From Wickerhamiella versatilis (Eukaryota): 64,000 bases of DNA. Within the stretch, counting starts at the first letter, position 1. Each line of letters begins with the position of its first letter. The notes beneath the pieces were generated by a model. The model did no database searches. It saw only the letters and a program-made list of their open reading frames with translations, and had not been told where the DNA came from. The DNA lies in assembly GCA_030867685.1 (NCBI GenBank), contig JAQOWU010000003.1, positions 1,302,001 through 1,366,000 of the forward strand. The letters are read 5' to 3'. A program made the translations under genes and the position numbers. Positions 1 to 11,274 of this stretch are shown here, piece after piece.

Positions 1-1728
1 CGCGTTTTTGACCCCCAGGGAACCGGGGTTATAAACTTCAAAGAGTTTGCAAAAACATATGCAACGCATGCTTCTTGCAAAATCCCGGTTAACTGGAACT
101 CTGAATGGGCCAATCTATATCTTGGCGAATCAAAGAAGCGTCATGCCCTGAGTTACCAGCAGTTTACACAAATGTTATGCGGACTGGCTGGAGAGCGTGG
201 GCGCCAAGCTTTCGAATATTACGACCGGGGAAAAACCGGTTTCATCCATCCGGATGAATTTGAGGAGATGGTTAAGTTGATAGCATCTCATAAATTAAGT
301 GACCACTTACTTGAGACGCTACACACTGTTGTTGAACGGCCTACATCGGTGAGTTCTAAAGTTAGCTATGCTACAGCAAGGGCCTTTTTCAATTTGATTA
401 ATCGAGTGGAGTTTGTGGAATATGTGGCGGAACGCGCTGCTGGACCAGACGGTCTTTTTACGCGCCAGCAGTTCATGAATGAGGCGGCTCGCCATTCAAA
501 GTTCACGACATTGTCGCCTTTGGAACTTGATTTATTCTTTCATTTTGCAAATGCGAATAAAGACGAGAATACAGCTTCGCTAAACAATTTTCAGCGTATG
601 TTCGATCCTCAGTGGCAGGATGAGCTTACGCGCCACAGGGCAAGTATTCAGAGAAAGGCAGCTGCTGCTAGAAACGCTGTATTTGATCCCAAGTCGTTTT
701 TTAGTGAAGTGTTCGTCAACGTTTATAACTTTGCCCTGGGATCGATTGCTGGTGCCTTTGGCGCAGCAGTTGTCATGCCGATTGATATAGTCAAGACTCG
801 GCTTCAAAACCAGCGGAAAGCTGGACCGGGCGCTCCTTTGATGTATAGTAATTCAATAGACTGCTTCCGCAAGATATTGAAAAATGAAGGGTTTCGTGGT
901 CTCTATGCTGGCTTAGGTCCACAGTTGTTAGGGGTCGCCCCTGAAAAAGCTATAAAATTGACAGTGAATGATCTCGTGAGAGGCATATTCACTGACGGAA
1001 ACGGCAATGTACCTGTTCCTGCTGAGATATTCGCAGGAGGTTCAGCAGGTGCGTGCCAAGTAATATTTACAAACCCCCTGGAAATAGTGAAAATTCGTCT
1101 CCAAGTTCAAGGAGAATTGGCTCGCGCCGAAGGGATCAAGCGGCGCTCAGCAATCAGTATAGCTCGCGATCTTGGTCTATTTGGTCTGTATAAAGGTGCT
1201 AGTGCTTGTCTGCTCCGAGATGTCCCGTTTTCGGCTATATACTTTCCAACATATGCACATCTCAAGCGCGATTATTACAAAGAGGGAGAGAGGAAACTAA
1301 AGGCCTCTGAGCTTCTTATTTCTGGTGCCATTGCAGGTATTCCTGCAGCCTACCTCACCACTCCCTGTGATGTTATAAAAACCCGTCTCCAGGTCGAGAC
1401 TAGGAAGGGTGAAACCTCGTATACTGGTCTCAGGCATGCGGCTAAAGTGATTTGGCAGGAGGAAGGTTTCAAAGCATTCTTCAAAGGGGGACCTGCGCGG
1501 ATTTGCCGTTCTTCCCCACAATTTGGATGCACCTTGGCCGCATACGAGGTTCTCAAGCGTCTCCTCCCGTATCCTGGAACGAATAAAACTGAAGCAGGAC
1601 ATGCGGTGGCATCCACAGATTTCCGCAGAGACTCCCCTGTAAAATACCTACGCTCGCGTAACAGTCTCAGGGTTTTGCTAGACATTGATGAAAACTTCGG
1701 TAAACCTATGTCTGTTGCGACACGCTGA
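1..1728 (+). CDS. AGC1: Mitochondrial aspartate/glutamate carrier (Aralar/citrin-like, EF-hand N-terminus); 5'-truncated by window edge
   Basis: Frame is open from base 1 (RVFDPQGTGVINFKEF, EF-hand-like). Three mitochondrial-carrier PxDxxKxRLQ-type motifs; GVAPEKAIKLTVND and RDVPFSAIYF are typical of AGC. Confidence 0.92.
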   Translation, partial: RVFDPQGTGVINFKEFAKTYATHASCKIPVNWNSEWANLYLGESKKRHALSYQQFTQMLCGLAGERGRQAFEYYDRGKTGFIHPDEFEEMVKLIASHKLSDHLLETLHTVVERPTSVSSKVSYATARAFFNLINRVEFVEYVAERAAGPDGLFTRQQFMNEAARHSKFTTLSPLELDLFFHFANANKDENTASLNNFQRMFDPQWQDELTRHRASIQRKAAAARNAVFDPKSFFSEVFVNVYNFALGSIAGAFGAAVVMPIDIVKTRLQNQRKAGPGAPLMYSNSIDCFRKILKNEGFRGLYAGLGPQLLGVAPEKAIKLTVNDLVRGIFTDGNGNVPVPAEIFAGGSAGACQVIFTNPLEIVKIRLQVQGELARAEGIKRRSAISIARDLGLFGLYKGASACLLRDVPFSAIYFPTYAHLKRDYYKEGERKLKASELLISGAIAGIPAAYLTTPCDVIKTRLQVETRKGETSYTGLRHAAKVIWQEEGFKAFFKGGPARICRSSPQFGCTLAAYEVLKRLLPYPGTNKTEAGHAVASTDFRRDSPVKYLRSRNSLRVLLDIDENFGKPMSVATR

Positions 1729-2003
1729 AGCTGCTACATGCTCTAAAGAGTCACTTATGTTTTCAATTGCTATTTCTCTGGTAATTGTTGTATATATATA
1801 TAGAAGTAGGTATATCGTTAATTTTAGCGATTGTATGAGCAGCTCAATAGAAATTCATAGTGTTCTACTTTGTCTCGTGATAATTTTATTGCGCGCCCGT
1901 TCCTGGAATATTTATGACGGGAAAAGTGGCCATACAAATCCACTACAGCAAAGTCACATCATTCACATTGACTGGCACAAACCTGCGTTACGTAATATCC
2001 ACA

Positions 2004-4952
2004 ATGGCCTCAGATGCCAGTCCTGACCCGCCGATTAAGGCGACAGATCTGGACTCGATGCGGGAAAGGTACGTGGAAAAGCATGAAAATACTGAAGTTG
2101 AAGCCAGTGGCAATATTACCTGGGAAATTGATAGCTGGGATGTACTGCCAGAGGTTGTGGAAAGCCCTGTCCAGACCATTGGCGGTCATGCTTGGAAACT
2201 CCTGCTGTATCCCAATGGAAATCCTGATAGTGGTCAATATGGTTATACGTCACTCTATCTTAAATGTGTTGATGAGGGTTTTGGGTGGTCTGCTTGTGCG
2301 TCCTTCGCGTTAATTATGTACAATACGCAGCATCCAGACGTGTTCATAGCTCAGTCCACCAGTTTTAGGTTCCGGCATGATATTGTTGACTGGGGATGGG
2401 GAGGTTTTACGCAGTTAAGACGCGCTTTCGTTGCTCAGCCAGACGAGTCTGCTCCACTGATTCAGGGAAAAGTTACTGTTTGTGCTCTGATTGACCTTCT
2501 TGCTGATCCCACAAATACTTTGTGGCTTGATGATGCCTCAGGTGATTACAATTCCCGTGCCAGTACTGGTTATACTGGGCTCATGAACCAAGGTGCTACG
2601 TGCTATCTTAATTCCATGCTCCAGACTTTGTTTTTCACAAAATCATTCAGATCTGCCGTATATAGGGCAGAGCCTATTGGGTTAGTGCCCAGTCTTCAGA
2701 GACTTTTCTGCTTGCTCTCCATGAGCCCTAACCCGGTGGAGACAGACCCACTAACTAAGGCATTGGGGTGGGATGCTGCTTATCTGCGAGAACAGCAGGA
2801 TGTTGCTGAATCTACTCGTACAATTATGGACAAGTTAGAGAAGTCAATGACTGCGAATGGAGGTAAAAATCCTTTACGAGATATTTTCGTTGGACAGATA
2901 AATTCTGTGATCAAATGCATCAACGTACCTTACGAATCATCTAACAAAGAAGAATTTTGGGATCTTCAGCTCAATGTTAAGGGATCAAAGGATGTCTATG
3001 AGAGTTTCCGTCAGTTCACTGCGTTTGAGATCCTTGATGGGGATAACAAGTATGATGCTCCTGGTTACGGTCTGCAGGCGGTGAAAAAAGGATATGAATT
3101 TGCAAGACTTCCCCCTGTATTGCATCTACAGCTCAAAAGATATGAACTGGTTTATGATGAGGTACTCGACCGAATAGTTACCGAGAAGTTGGATGACCGC
3201 TACGAATTTCCTCTTGAACTCAACTTGGACGAATTCGTAAAGGAACCTGGATCCTGGAAATACAACTTGCATGGGGTACTTGTCCATGATGGACAAGCAA
3301 GCGTTGGCCATTACTATGCACTCATAAAGCCCGAAGCCGATGGAAAATGGTACAAGTTCAACGACGATATTGTAACGGAGGCATCGCTCAAGGAAGTATT
3401 GGATGCTAACTATGGTGGAGAGACTTCGGCTAGTGCCTACATGCTTGTTTACATTCGGCAATCAGAGCTTTCTTTCGTGCTACCCAAAAGTAATCCTGCA
3501 CCTCCACAGCAGCTTGCGGCTGAAATCGAGCAGGAGCAACAGAAAGAGATCGAACGCTTATCCTGGCTGAACGTGCGAATCCTGACCCCAGACAACTTCC
3601 GCGCACACAGTGGACTTGGCATTCATATGTGGTCCACCCGCCTTGGTCCTTACAAGGGAGACCCATCAGAGTTTCCTGATGAAAGACGGGTTCATCGTAA
3701 CTCAACGATTCGTGATTTCAAGCTGGAGCTAGCAGAGTCTTATAAGACTGGTGAGGGGTTAAGCCTCTGGTTGTTTGCACCTAAGTTGGATCAACTCGTT
3801 CCCATCCCGCTTCAGTACGAATTTTATGGGGTCGAGAAATTATCCACATGGTCAGAAGTGTCAAACCCATTAGTCTTTGTCCAAGATGTCGCAGGTTCAA
3901 TCGAAAGTGAGGTCCTGGTATTCGTAAAGCAGCATCCTGGATTCCGTGGGCTGGGCACCCAATGGTTGTCGCGCAATGACACACTTGGGCACGCTTTACT
4001 TAAAGGTCGAAATGGACTTCAAGTCTTTCTTGAGCAGCGTAATGCTTTGACTTTATTGGACATGGATAAAACTATCCGAGAACTTGACCTACAGCAGGCG
4101 GCAAGTTTAGTGGTGGCATCGTCACCTGGCACCGAGGAGGAGTTCAACTGGCTACGACATGACGTCTTGTTATATCTTCATCACCCAGAACAACCCCAGA
4201 CTCCTGATGTGGCCATCGTGAATACGCTAAACCCCACTTATGAAGAAATTGCGCGCGCAACAGCCAAAGCCGCAGGGATTTCTGATCCCAGAAGAGTAAT
4301 GCTTCATCCTCCTCAGATCCGCACATGGCTTAAATCAGATGGAAGTAACCTAGGACGCTTCCTGTCAACACGATATCAAGATCGGCCTTTACGATGCTAT
4401 ATCAAGGAACTTGATCGCCCACTATCTGAATTTGAGCAGCTTCGTGAGTTCGAAATAGAGTGGCCAACCTTGGGCTCTGGGAAGAGGCAGGAGTGGGCAG
4501 GCCCCTCAAGCGTGGTAGCAATGCCTACCGATACATTCCGGCTTGTCCTTGATCAGGTGCCAGATTCTAGATTATGGATTGTGACATCTTCTCGCAAAGC
4601 TGAAGAGATCTCACCAGATTCTAGTGTGGAACAATTTATGAAGATAAATTCTCCTCTTTACGCGCGAAAATTGCTTCCCGAAGAACCTTTGGAAAGTTAT
4701 ATAAGTATCTTTACGTTTGATTCTGGTTCCACGAGCACCCACGGTATTCCATTCACTATGGGATTTTCTAATGGTGAGACAGTGGGAGTCTTGCGAAATC
4801 GGCTATCGGCAGCCCTCGGGAGAAACAAGCTTGGCAGATTGGTTCACTATGTGTCTGAAACTGAACCAGAATTACTTGATGATGCCACTATCCTCAACAC
4901 CGCGCAGGGAGCGGTCTTAGGAGTTGAAATATCTCCTATATATATCGACTAG
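2004..4952 (+). CDS. UBP15: Ubiquitin-specific protease, USP7/Ubp15 type (MATH + UCH domains)
   Basis: MATH domain (WKLLLYPNGN...DWGW), Cys box GLMNQGATCYLNSMLQ, His box HDGQASVGHYYA, KFNDD. ATG 2004 preferred over the upstream in-frame ATG at 1914. Confidence 0.88.
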   Translation: MASDASPDPPIKATDLDSMRERYVEKHENTEVEASGNITWEIDSWDVLPEVVESPVQTIGGHAWKLLLYPNGNPDSGQYGYTSLYLKCVDEGFGWSACASFALIMYNTQHPDVFIAQSTSFRFRHDIVDWGWGGFTQLRRAFVAQPDESAPLIQGKVTVCALIDLLADPTNTLWLDDASGDYNSRASTGYTGLMNQGATCYLNSMLQTLFFTKSFRSAVYRAEPIGLVPSLQRLFCLLSMSPNPVETDPLTKALGWDAAYLREQQDVAESTRTIMDKLEKSMTANGGKNPLRDIFVGQINSVIKCINVPYESSNKEEFWDLQLNVKGSKDVYESFRQFTAFEILDGDNKYDAPGYGLQAVKKGYEFARLPPVLHLQLKRYELVYDEVLDRIVTEKLDDRYEFPLELNLDEFVKEPGSWKYNLHGVLVHDGQASVGHYYALIKPEADGKWYKFNDDIVTEASLKEVLDANYGGETSASAYMLVYIRQSELSFVLPKSNPAPPQQLAAEIEQEQQKEIERLSWLNVRILTPDNFRAHSGLGIHMWSTRLGPYKGDPSEFPDERRVHRNSTIRDFKLELAESYKTGEGLSLWLFAPKLDQLVPIPLQYEFYGVEKLSTWSEVSNPLVFVQDVAGSIESEVLVFVKQHPGFRGLGTQWLSRNDTLGHALLKGRNGLQVFLEQRNALTLLDMDKTIRELDLQQAASLVVASSPGTEEEFNWLRHDVLLYLHHPEQPQTPDVAIVNTLNPTYEEIARATAKAAGISDPRRVMLHPPQIRTWLKSDGSNLGRFLSTRYQDRPLRCYIKELDRPLSEFEQLREFEIEWPTLGSGKRQEWAGPSSVVAMPTDTFRLVLDQVPDSRLWIVTSSRKAEEISPDSSVEQFMKINSPLYARKLLPEEPLESYISIFTFDSGSTSTHGIPFTMGFSNGETVGVLRNRLSAALGRNKLGRLVHYVSETEPELLDDATILNTAQGAVLGVEISPIYID

Positions 4953-5015
4953 ACCTATATTGCATAAATTATGTGGGACTCCTGATGAATAATATTTTTT
5001 ATTTAGAAGTTGTAG

Positions 5016-7616
5016 ATGCCTCATCGGCCAAGGTTACCAAGGCAGCTTCTGGGTGAGATTGGCCAAGACACTCATCATGATCGACATAAGGGCAGACAAT
5101 TCACTAGTAAAGCTCAGGGGAGAAAGGAAGCCCGAAAAGAAAAGAGGCAATCGAAAAAGCATAAACAACTACCTCAGTCGAGCACACATGGCCTCACCTC
5201 GAAAGAGGTAGAGGAGGCCTTAAAGCTAGCAAGAGCCAAAAAAGAGTCACAAGGCAAACGCAGCAAACAAGAGACAGTAAAGCCTCAAAAAAAGCGGAGA
5301 ACGATAGATCCTGAAAACATATTAAGTGATATACGCAAGAACAAGCAAGCGAATGACGAGGATGACGCTAAATATTATGCAAAAAAGCTTGGTCTCAAAT
5401 CATTGAAGCTACCAGATGGAGATGATGGACTTGGCGATTTGTTGGGAGACCTGGACGATGACCATTTTTCCTCAGAGTCTGAACAAGATAATATGAATGC
5501 TGAAGAAGCGCGGAAAGATGACACTAAATCTAATTCAAATCATAAATCTGATCTTCCATGGTCCAGTGATGACTCCCTGAGTGGTTCAGACTTTGACTCA
5601 GATTCCTCTGCGAATGAGGATTCCGAAGAACCGCAGCTAGGGAATAAGGAAATTCCAATTCCCGAAGATGATTCTTTAAGCGATAGCGATTTTGACGACG
5701 ATAGTGATGGTGATATCGAACATGATGCTACAGCCGAGGACACAATGGATGCCCTCCGAAGGATGAAATCATCCAAACAGAAAAAGGAACTGAGCAATTC
5801 CAATTCTATTAGAGAGTCTCAAGATGGTGAATATAGTGGTGATGACTCGGACAATATGCCACTTTCATCCCAGGAAAATTTCTCGGAGGATGAAGCCTCG
5901 GATAAATCTGCAAGTGGCGAAAACATTAGCAATGAAAGTTCTTCTGAGGATGATCAAGACAGTGCGCAAAACCCATATGTGCCGCCTGGAAGCAGATATA
6001 TCCCGCCTTCACAACGAAAGAGACAAGCAATGGAAAACGACACAAAGGAGTCTGAAATTTCAAATAGACTGAGAAGGCAACTTAAAGGTTCACTGAACAA
6101 ACTTGCAGAATCGAACATAGGTGCTATTGTCAATGAGATAGAAGTATTTTTCCAACGCTATCCTCGCGGTGACGTTACTCGCGAACTGACAGAAACCATC
6201 ATCACCAGCATCGGACAGCAAGCAATGGTGCAAGAAACGTTTCTGATAACACATGCTGGAATTGTTGGTGCGCTTTATCGCACAATTGGTATGGAATTTT
6301 GTGCAGAGTTTATCCAGAGTTTGGTAGAAAAAGTTGAGTCCCTCTATGAGCAGGGGAACGATAGCCGGAAAGAAACTATGAACCTCCTATTGTTACTCGT
6401 GGAGTGCTATGCTCTTGGAGTTGTTTCAAGTGTCCTGATTTATGGCCTTGTAAGAAAGTTTGTAAAAGGACTGGGTGACAATCCAGACTTGAATACAGAA
6501 CTTTTGTTGTCAGTGGTGAGACATTGTGGGTCTCAATTAAGAAGTGATGATCCCAGTTCCTTAAAGAGCATCATTCTTTTAGTGCAAGAGTCCTTACGAG
6601 GTAAAGAGCTCAGCGAGCGAACCCAGTTTTTGGTCGAGTGCATTGTAAATCTTAAGAACAATCGTCAGAAACCAGTGAGTGAAACTGTTATGCTTTCACG
6701 CCAGCGAGTACGCAAATTTTTAAGTACAATTGGTCAAGCGGAAGCTCTTCAGGTGTCTCTAGACGATATTCTTTCAGTTCCAGTGAAAGGTAAGTGGTGG
6801 ATAGTGGGGGCAGCATGGCGTGGTCACGGGGTTAATGACGACTATGATCAAAAAGAAATCGATTCGATTATTGATAATGCAGAACCAGACTGGTTAGAGC
6901 TTGCCAAGCAACAACGTCTCAATACAGATGTGCGTCGAGCAATTTTTGTTGCTTTGATGGGTGCTGAGAATTTTCTCGATGCGTGTCAACGTATTGACAA
7001 GCTAGCACTGCGCAGCAAGCAGGAGCGCGAAATTGTGCATGTCCTCTTACATTGTTGTTCAACTGAGGAAACATATAATCCTTTCTATGCGCTTGTAGCT
7101 GCTAAACAATGCACAAAGCACTCAATGCGTAAGACATTCCAATTTCGTCTGTGGGATTTCCTAGGCCAATTGGAAGGCAATCAAAACACGCGCAAAGCTA
7201 TGCACTATGCCCGTTTCTACGCAACACTTGTCGCCGACGGTGCTTTAACTCTCGACTTGCTAAAGAGTATAGATTTTCTAACTGCAACAGGAGATGTGAG
7301 AGTATTTTTAGAGATATTTCTTGTCACGTTGTACCAGAAAATTGGTAAATACGCCGAGGTGGGAGCCCGCAGAAGTAATTCACTTGTACGTGATGGCGCC
7401 CCAGTTGTTGAACGCAATGGCCAGCAGCTAGCTCAACTATTCTCAAATACAAAAGAAAAGTCAGTCTTACGTGGTATACATTATATACAACCATCTGTTC
7501 TGCATTCACCAGCAGTTGACTCAAAAAAGGCACGGCAGCGCGTTGAGTGGTGTTTAGAATTAGCATCTGGGCTTCTTGAACATCTCACTGCTGTGAAAAG
7601 TGACGATGAGCTTTAA
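5016..7616 (+). CDS. SGD1: Nucleolar MIF4G/MA3 protein (NOM1/Sgd1)
   Basis: Basic/acidic N-terminus, YIPPSQR, LKGSLNKLAESNI (MIF4G), KGKWWIVGAAW, QRLNTDVRRAIF (MA3). Confidence 0.9.
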   Translation: MPHRPRLPRQLLGEIGQDTHHDRHKGRQFTSKAQGRKEARKEKRQSKKHKQLPQSSTHGLTSKEVEEALKLARAKKESQGKRSKQETVKPQKKRRTIDPENILSDIRKNKQANDEDDAKYYAKKLGLKSLKLPDGDDGLGDLLGDLDDDHFSSESEQDNMNAEEARKDDTKSNSNHKSDLPWSSDDSLSGSDFDSDSSANEDSEEPQLGNKEIPIPEDDSLSDSDFDDDSDGDIEHDATAEDTMDALRRMKSSKQKKELSNSNSIRESQDGEYSGDDSDNMPLSSQENFSEDEASDKSASGENISNESSSEDDQDSAQNPYVPPGSRYIPPSQRKRQAMENDTKESEISNRLRRQLKGSLNKLAESNIGAIVNEIEVFFQRYPRGDVTRELTETIITSIGQQAMVQETFLITHAGIVGALYRTIGMEFCAEFIQSLVEKVESLYEQGNDSRKETMNLLLLLVECYALGVVSSVLIYGLVRKFVKGLGDNPDLNTELLLSVVRHCGSQLRSDDPSSLKSIILLVQESLRGKELSERTQFLVECIVNLKNNRQKPVSETVMLSRQRVRKFLSTIGQAEALQVSLDDILSVPVKGKWWIVGAAWRGHGVNDDYDQKEIDSIIDNAEPDWLELAKQQRLNTDVRRAIFVALMGAENFLDACQRIDKLALRSKQEREIVHVLLHCCSTEETYNPFYALVAAKQCTKHSMRKTFQFRLWDFLGQLEGNQNTRKAMHYARFYATLVADGALTLDLLKSIDFLTATGDVRVFLEIFLVTLYQKIGKYAEVGARRSNSLVRDGAPVVERNGQQLAQLFSNTKEKSVLRGIHYIQPSVLHSPAVDSKKARQRVEWCLELASGLLEHLTAVKSDDEL

Positions 7617-7658
7617 ATATATATTCATCTCTATTCTGCGCTATATTATGTATCTCGA

Positions 7659-8441
7659 TCACACTTTATTTTTCAAACGAAGTTCTCGTGCACGCAGATC
7701 GGTAGAACTCAGCTTCGATGAGCCACCAACAAGCTGAACCTCTACAATTGCAAGAGCTCTCCAGCCTTTTTCTCCACGAAGTTTATTGATGAGAGCTGCC
7801 CCCTTCTCAGTCTCATGGCTGATGACGAGAGCATCAATATTGGGATCCACAGCTGTTGGCCCGTAGACATCTGTAAGAACTACTGGGTCAAGAACAAGCT
7901 GCGGATATAGCCTCTTAACAAAATCACATGCTGCAGTTTTTCTTGTGTCATAAGACTCTAGCGCCTCAGCGAACTTTTTGTTTACCAATAACTCTGCGCC
8001 GGTTACACCAATGATAAGTTTCTCTCGGGTCACCCAGCCTGCAAGGGTCAAGAGGAGCTTATGACCAGCATGTAAATGATCGAAAGTGCCTGCAGTAGCC
8101 GCAATATTGAATTGGCTCTCCTTCTCTGGTCTATCTGCAGAAGGCACTAGATTTTGAGGATCCTTGCACTCCAACTCTTTGGCACTTAACCCCCAATGAG
8201 ATGCATCTACCCCGCAGCTATATATTTGGTTCCAATGATGTGGCACAAACCGTAAGAATATAGTCACATCATGTGAAGCGGAGAAGTCATAAATTAAGAA
8301 GCATATGTGTTCTGCAGCTGCCAATGACTCTGGCGTACCACAAACTAACACGTCGATCTTCTCCTTATGCTCAAGTACTTCGCGAAAAGCCGTGAAACTA
8401 AATGCTCGGGGATCAACAAGCAGTGCGACTGCTGCTGACAT
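7659..8441 (-). CDS. CAB4: Phosphopantetheine adenylyltransferase
   Basis: AGTFDHLHAGHKLLL (HxGH), DVYGPT, ALVISHET, KLSST. Confidence 0.88.
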   Translation of the reverse strand: MSAAVALLVDPRAFSFTAFREVLEHKEKIDVLVCGTPESLAAAEHICFLIYDFSASHDVTIFLRFVPHHWNQIYSCGVDASHWGLSAKELECKDPQNLVPSADRPEKESQFNIAATAGTFDHLHAGHKLLLTLAGWVTREKLIIGVTGAELLVNKKFAEALESYDTRKTAACDFVKRLYPQLVLDPVVLTDVYGPTAVDPNIDALVISHETEKGAALINKLRGEKGWRALAIVEVQLVGGSSKLSSTDLRARELRLKNKV

Positions 8442-8787
8442 GAGGTTTTGTGGTAGAGCTTAGCTCTGTCTAACAATGGCTCTGTGCATGGCAGATGGCA
8501 TTGGGATACAATTTTCAACAGTAAAAAATTAAACTGAGTAGAGAATATGGCTATCTCTATACTTCTAATAAGCCTAATTCGACCTTACAACACATAGATC
8601 CCAAAAATTCATGGCCTTAACAAGTTGCAGGCGCAAATCAAGGGTTTCAGCTTAAATTCAGTACAAACTTTTTAATTAATGCTGCCAAATGTGCCAATTT
8701 TTTCATCAAAAGCTGGCTTGAGAAATGCTAATAGTGAATCAGAGGCATATAGCCCTGACCCCAGCGGTTAAGTAATCTTCACCAATC

Positions 8788-10251
8788 ATGCTCCGAGCGT
8801 TCAATCGCATTCCACGAAAGACGCTATTGCGAGGATTTGCCACGCAAAAAGACCTTGACTGCGTCGTAATTGGCGCGGGACCTGGTGGCTATGTTGCTGC
8901 TATCAAGGCTGCTCAACTAGGACTCAAGACAGCCTGTATTGACAAGCGTGGTCCTCCCGGAGGAACATGCTTGAATGTTGGATGCATTCCTTCCAAGGCA
9001 CTTCTCAACAATAGCCATATTTACCACACGATTAAAGAAGATACTCAGCGCCGTGGTATCGATGTTGATGGCGCGAGCATTAATTTTGGTCAGTTTATGA
9101 AAGCTAAGGAGGACGCGGTGAACGGCCTTACTGGTGGTGTTCGTATGCTTTTTAAGAAGAATAAGGTTGACTACTACGAAGGTGTCGGTAAGTTCACTGG
9201 TCAGAACACGATAGAGGTGACACCTAATGATGGCTCGGAGGCCGTTACTTTGAACTCGAAAGACATCATTATTGCCACTGGTTCTGAGTCCACGCCTTTC
9301 CCCGGTATCGAAATTGATGAGGAGAGAATTGTCTCAAGCACAGGAGCCTTGAGTCTTCAGGAAATCCCCAAGCACATGGCCATTATTGGTGGTGGTATCA
9401 TTGGCCTTGAGATGGGTAGCGTTTGGTCCCGTCTTGGCACCAAGGTGACTGTCATTGAGTTCGCCAAGTCAATTGGTGGCGCTGGTATGGATGCTGAGGT
9501 GGCCAAGACCACCACCAAGATCTTGAAGAAGCAGGGTCTGGAGATCAAGACTGGCACTAAGGTCAAGACTGCCTCTCGTGATGGCGACATTGTGCACATC
9601 ACTGTTGAGGATGATAAGGGTGTTGAATCTAACCTTGATGCCGATGTGCTTCTTGTTGCTGTTGGCCGTCGTCCTTACACTGAGGGACTTGGCCTGGAGA
9701 CTTTGGATTTGGAGCAGGACGACAAGGGACGAATCATTATAGATCAGGAGTATCGTACCAAACTGCCACACATTCGTGTCATTGGTGATGTTACTTTCGG
9801 ACCTATGCTTGCGCATAAAGCTGAGGATGAAGGTATTGCTGCTGCTGAATATATTAAGAAGGGCTTTGGGCACGTCAACTACAACGTCATTCCCAGCGTC
9901 ATGTACACTCACCCTGAGGTTGCCTGGGTAGGCCAGAATGAGCAGCAGCTGAAAGACGCTGGTGTTAAGTACAATGTCGGTAAATTCAGCTTCGCTGCCA
10001 ACTCTCGTGCGAAGACTAACCTTGACACTGACGGATTTGTCAAGGTCCTTTCCGAGAAGGAGACTGATCGCGTTCTAGGTGTGCATATCGTTGGACCAGC
10101 AGCAGGTGAGCTTATTGCTGAGGCAGGCTTGGCTATTGAGTACGGTGCCTCAGCTGAGGACATTGCCCGTACATGCCACGCGCACCCCACTCTATCAGAG
10201 GCCGTTAAGGAGGCTGCATTGGCAGCATTTGACAAGCCTATTAACTCATAG
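8788..10251 (+). CDS. LPD1: Dihydrolipoamide dehydrogenase (E3), mitochondrial
   Basis: [17 protein letters not shown], redox-active [23 protein letters not shown]; Arg-rich presequence. Confidence 0.97.
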   Translation: MLRAFNRIPRKTLLRGFATQKDLDCVVIGAGPGGYVAAIKAAQLGLKTACIDKRGPPGGTCLNVGCIPSKALLNNSHIYHTIKEDTQRRGIDVDGASINFGQFMKAKEDAVNGLTGGVRMLFKKNKVDYYEGVGKFTGQNTIEVTPNDGSEAVTLNSKDIIIATGSESTPFPGIEIDEERIVSSTGALSLQEIPKHMAIIGGGIIGLEMGSVWSRLGTKVTVIEFAKSIGGAGMDAEVAKTTTKILKKQGLEIKTGTKVKTASRDGDIVHITVEDDKGVESNLDADVLLVAVGRRPYTEGLGLETLDLEQDDKGRIIIDQEYRTKLPHIRVIGDVTFGPMLAHKAEDEGIAAAEYIKKGFGHVNYNVIPSVMYTHPEVAWVGQNEQQLKDAGVKYNVGKFSFAANSRAKTNLDTDGFVKVLSEKETDRVLGVHIVGPAAGELIAEAGLAIEYGASAEDIARTCHAHPTLSEAVKEAALAAFDKPINS

Positions 10252-10259
10252 ATCTAAAA

Positions 10260-11063
10260 TTAGGACCCTATTACTGGCTCAAGTGCCTTAGGCAAAGTGT
10301 TAGCGGCATCGCCGCTGAAGTACCATCCATCAGGAATCTTCGTTGTTGCATCAGTGTTGAACACGGCAACCTTTCCTCCCATATCGACAACCTCTTGAAT
10401 ATATCCTGCTGCAGGCCACACCGTCGCTGACATTCCGATAACAAGCAAAAGATCCACCTCACCAGTCGATATAAAGTCGTCCGCCCTTGTCAGGGCTTCC
10501 AATGGCAATGGCTCACCAAACCACACGACCCCTGGACGGACGAGAGAGCCGCATTTAGGACACTTGGGAAGATCATCTATTCCTAACTCCCCGGGATCAT
10601 GCGTCCTCCCGAGACCGCTAGTGATAGGATCACTAAAATTCTGTCCTCTCCAATGGCAACTAAAACTAGTGCATAGCAAAGTAAATAAGTCACCATGTAG
10701 ATTAACAAGGCTTTCCTTAGGATATCCAGCCCTGTCACAGAGTCCATCAACATTCTGCGATAGTGTTAGAAATTTATCTGAGCTCCACTTCTTAGCCAGA
10801 CGGCTCAATGCATAATGTCCAGAGTTTGGCATTGAGCCTAATGCCGCATGTCTTCGAGCATTGTAGAATTCCCATACGAGCTGAGGGTTATCTTGAAAAG
10901 CCTCTGGTGTTGCCAATTCTACCGCATCATGATTCCTCCACAAGCCACCAGTGCCTCGGAATGTTGGGAGCCCGCTCGCAACACCAAGCCCGGCACCAAG
11001 GATAGCCAGTACTCGTCTAGATTGACCTAACTGCTTGTGGAATATCCGTATATCACTGCTCAT
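10260..11063 (-). CDS. NAD-dependent protein deacylase, class III sirtuin (SIRT5/CobB-like)
   Basis: GAGLGVASGLPTFRG, FYNAR (YxxR acyl-specificity pair), QNVDGL, LHG, Zn ligands C..C/CPKC, RPGVVWFGE. Confidence 0.9.
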   Translation of the reverse strand: MSSDIRIFHKQLGQSRRVLAILGAGLGVASGLPTFRGTGGLWRNHDAVELATPEAFQDNPQLVWEFYNARRHAALGSMPNSGHYALSRLAKKWSSDKFLTLSQNVDGLCDRAGYPKESLVNLHGDLFTLLCTSFSCHWRGQNFSDPITSGLGRTHDPGELGIDDLPKCPKCGSLVRPGVVWFGEPLPLEALTRADDFISTGEVDLLLVIGMSATVWPAAGYIQEVVDMGGKVAVFNTDATTKIPDGWYFSGDAANTLPKALEPVIGS

Positions 11064-11274
11064 CTAGATACCCCAGTCCACCTGTATGCATTAAATTTGA
11101 TTGGGATTACAAAAATACTATTGGGACAGCAAATATCCCAAATCTCCATAATCTTACTGCTGAGACCTACAGAATGATAAGATAAGTACCCCAACTTCAA
11201 TTTTTTAGAGATTAGGCCTGGGTAGCTCGTGAGGTGAATCCTATATCACACCGTCGCGGGCTACGCAGCTTGGC

